A DNA stretch of 44,309 nt from Craspedostauros australis. Its lineage: Eukaryota. A program made the position numbers and the translations under genes. The first letter of the stretch is position 1; each line of letters opens with the position of its first letter. Below are positions 43,444 to 44,309 of this stretch, in pieces. The notes below the pieces were generated by a model that was not told where the DNA came from, searched no databases, and was given only the letters and a program-made list of their open reading frames with translations. The DNA lies in the NCBI GenBank assembly GCA_030167865.1, contig JALAGF010004865.1, positions 1-44,309 of the forward strand. The letters run 5' to 3'.

Positions 43444-44309
43444 CCCTCGGATTGTGCTTTTTCTGTGTTTGATTTGTGGTTGGGTTGATTGGGTGATCAC
43501 CGTCAACACAGAGTACGTGTATGACGCTCGTAGCCAGTCCACAATGATGAGCAAGGCTCAGCTCAGCCGCAGAATGAAGCCGAGCTGAGAGCGACTTGTC
43601 TGGTTGGTGTTGTTGAACTTTGTGACTTCCCCAACGATGGTACTTGGATTGGTCAGAGTTGCCACCACCCTCTTCGATGGAGACATCAACCCGCCCACAA
43701 GAGGAAGGAAGAGGTGAAGAACCGGGTTTCTCTCACGTCACCCTCCAAAATTCGCCTGCTCCCTCCTTCGCCACACCGACCGTGTTTCGCCAACAACATC
43801 TGTTCGTGACAGGTCAACGCGAAGATTTCTGGTCGGTCTCGATTGCAAGAACGAAACCGCTGTTTTAGTCGTATGGGTCGAAGCAAACTCTCCTACTGGG
43901 AAAAGGCATGGAATTGGAAGTAAACAACGGATTATGAGCTCAAGGCACGAACCAATTACCTCTCATGTGGTCTCTACTCTGCTGCGTACGATTCAGCTGC
44001 AAGTGCCCAGTCTAACGCTCAAATAACCGGTAATAACGTCCGAATCTGCTTGGTCCCCTCGATATGCGGTGGCTCTGCTGCTCGTCAGATCGTCTCATCT
44101 CTTTGGTGCTCTCATCAATATGCATTCGTACGGTATGTACCTGCTGCATGTCCTCATGAATGGACACCACAGGGCGCTCATCCCATCCACTGAAGAGTTA
44201 CTCCCCAGCCGACCATCCGATGGGTACTGTCGCGCAGTCTCACAACTCAAAATAGAATGTGTTGTGATTGCTCTCGTCGTCTTGGACCTGATTGTGGCTT
44301 GGTCAACAT

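Overview
Eukaryotic, gene-dense, mostly intronless DNA. The gene content points to a diatom: two DUF6824-type genes, an AAA_16/COG3899-like STAND ATPase and an RXL-motif secreted membrane protein. This taxonomic call is an inference. Left to right: (1) a >1200-aa STAND-type ATPase running off the left edge, missing from the ORF track; (2) an ankyrin-repeat gene and a decayed ankyrin fragment; (3) two divergent membrane-protein genes, one spliced across a 362-nt intron; (4) a CRAL-TRIO-like/DUF6824 gene and an SDR9C-like dehydrogenase; (5) a ~18.6 kb tandem array (~16993-35600) of five intact ~430-465-aa RNI/LRR-like paralogs, each behind a conserved ~0.6-1 kb upstream block and separated by either a decayed FAD-monooxygenase (F) or an acidic tail-anchored protein gene (T), in the order A-F-A-T-A-T-A-F-A; (6) two more SDR paralogs separated by a ~1 kb element with 34-bp terminal inverted repeats; (7) a frameshifted DUF6824 paralog. 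The strongest signal is in the five LRR-like paralogs. They are near-identical in helix/scaffold segments but hypervariable at the x positions of each xxLxLxx-type strand, and they are mosaics of one another. That pattern suggests a diversifying recognition (immune-like) receptor cluster. All alignments were done by eye and no database searches were run.
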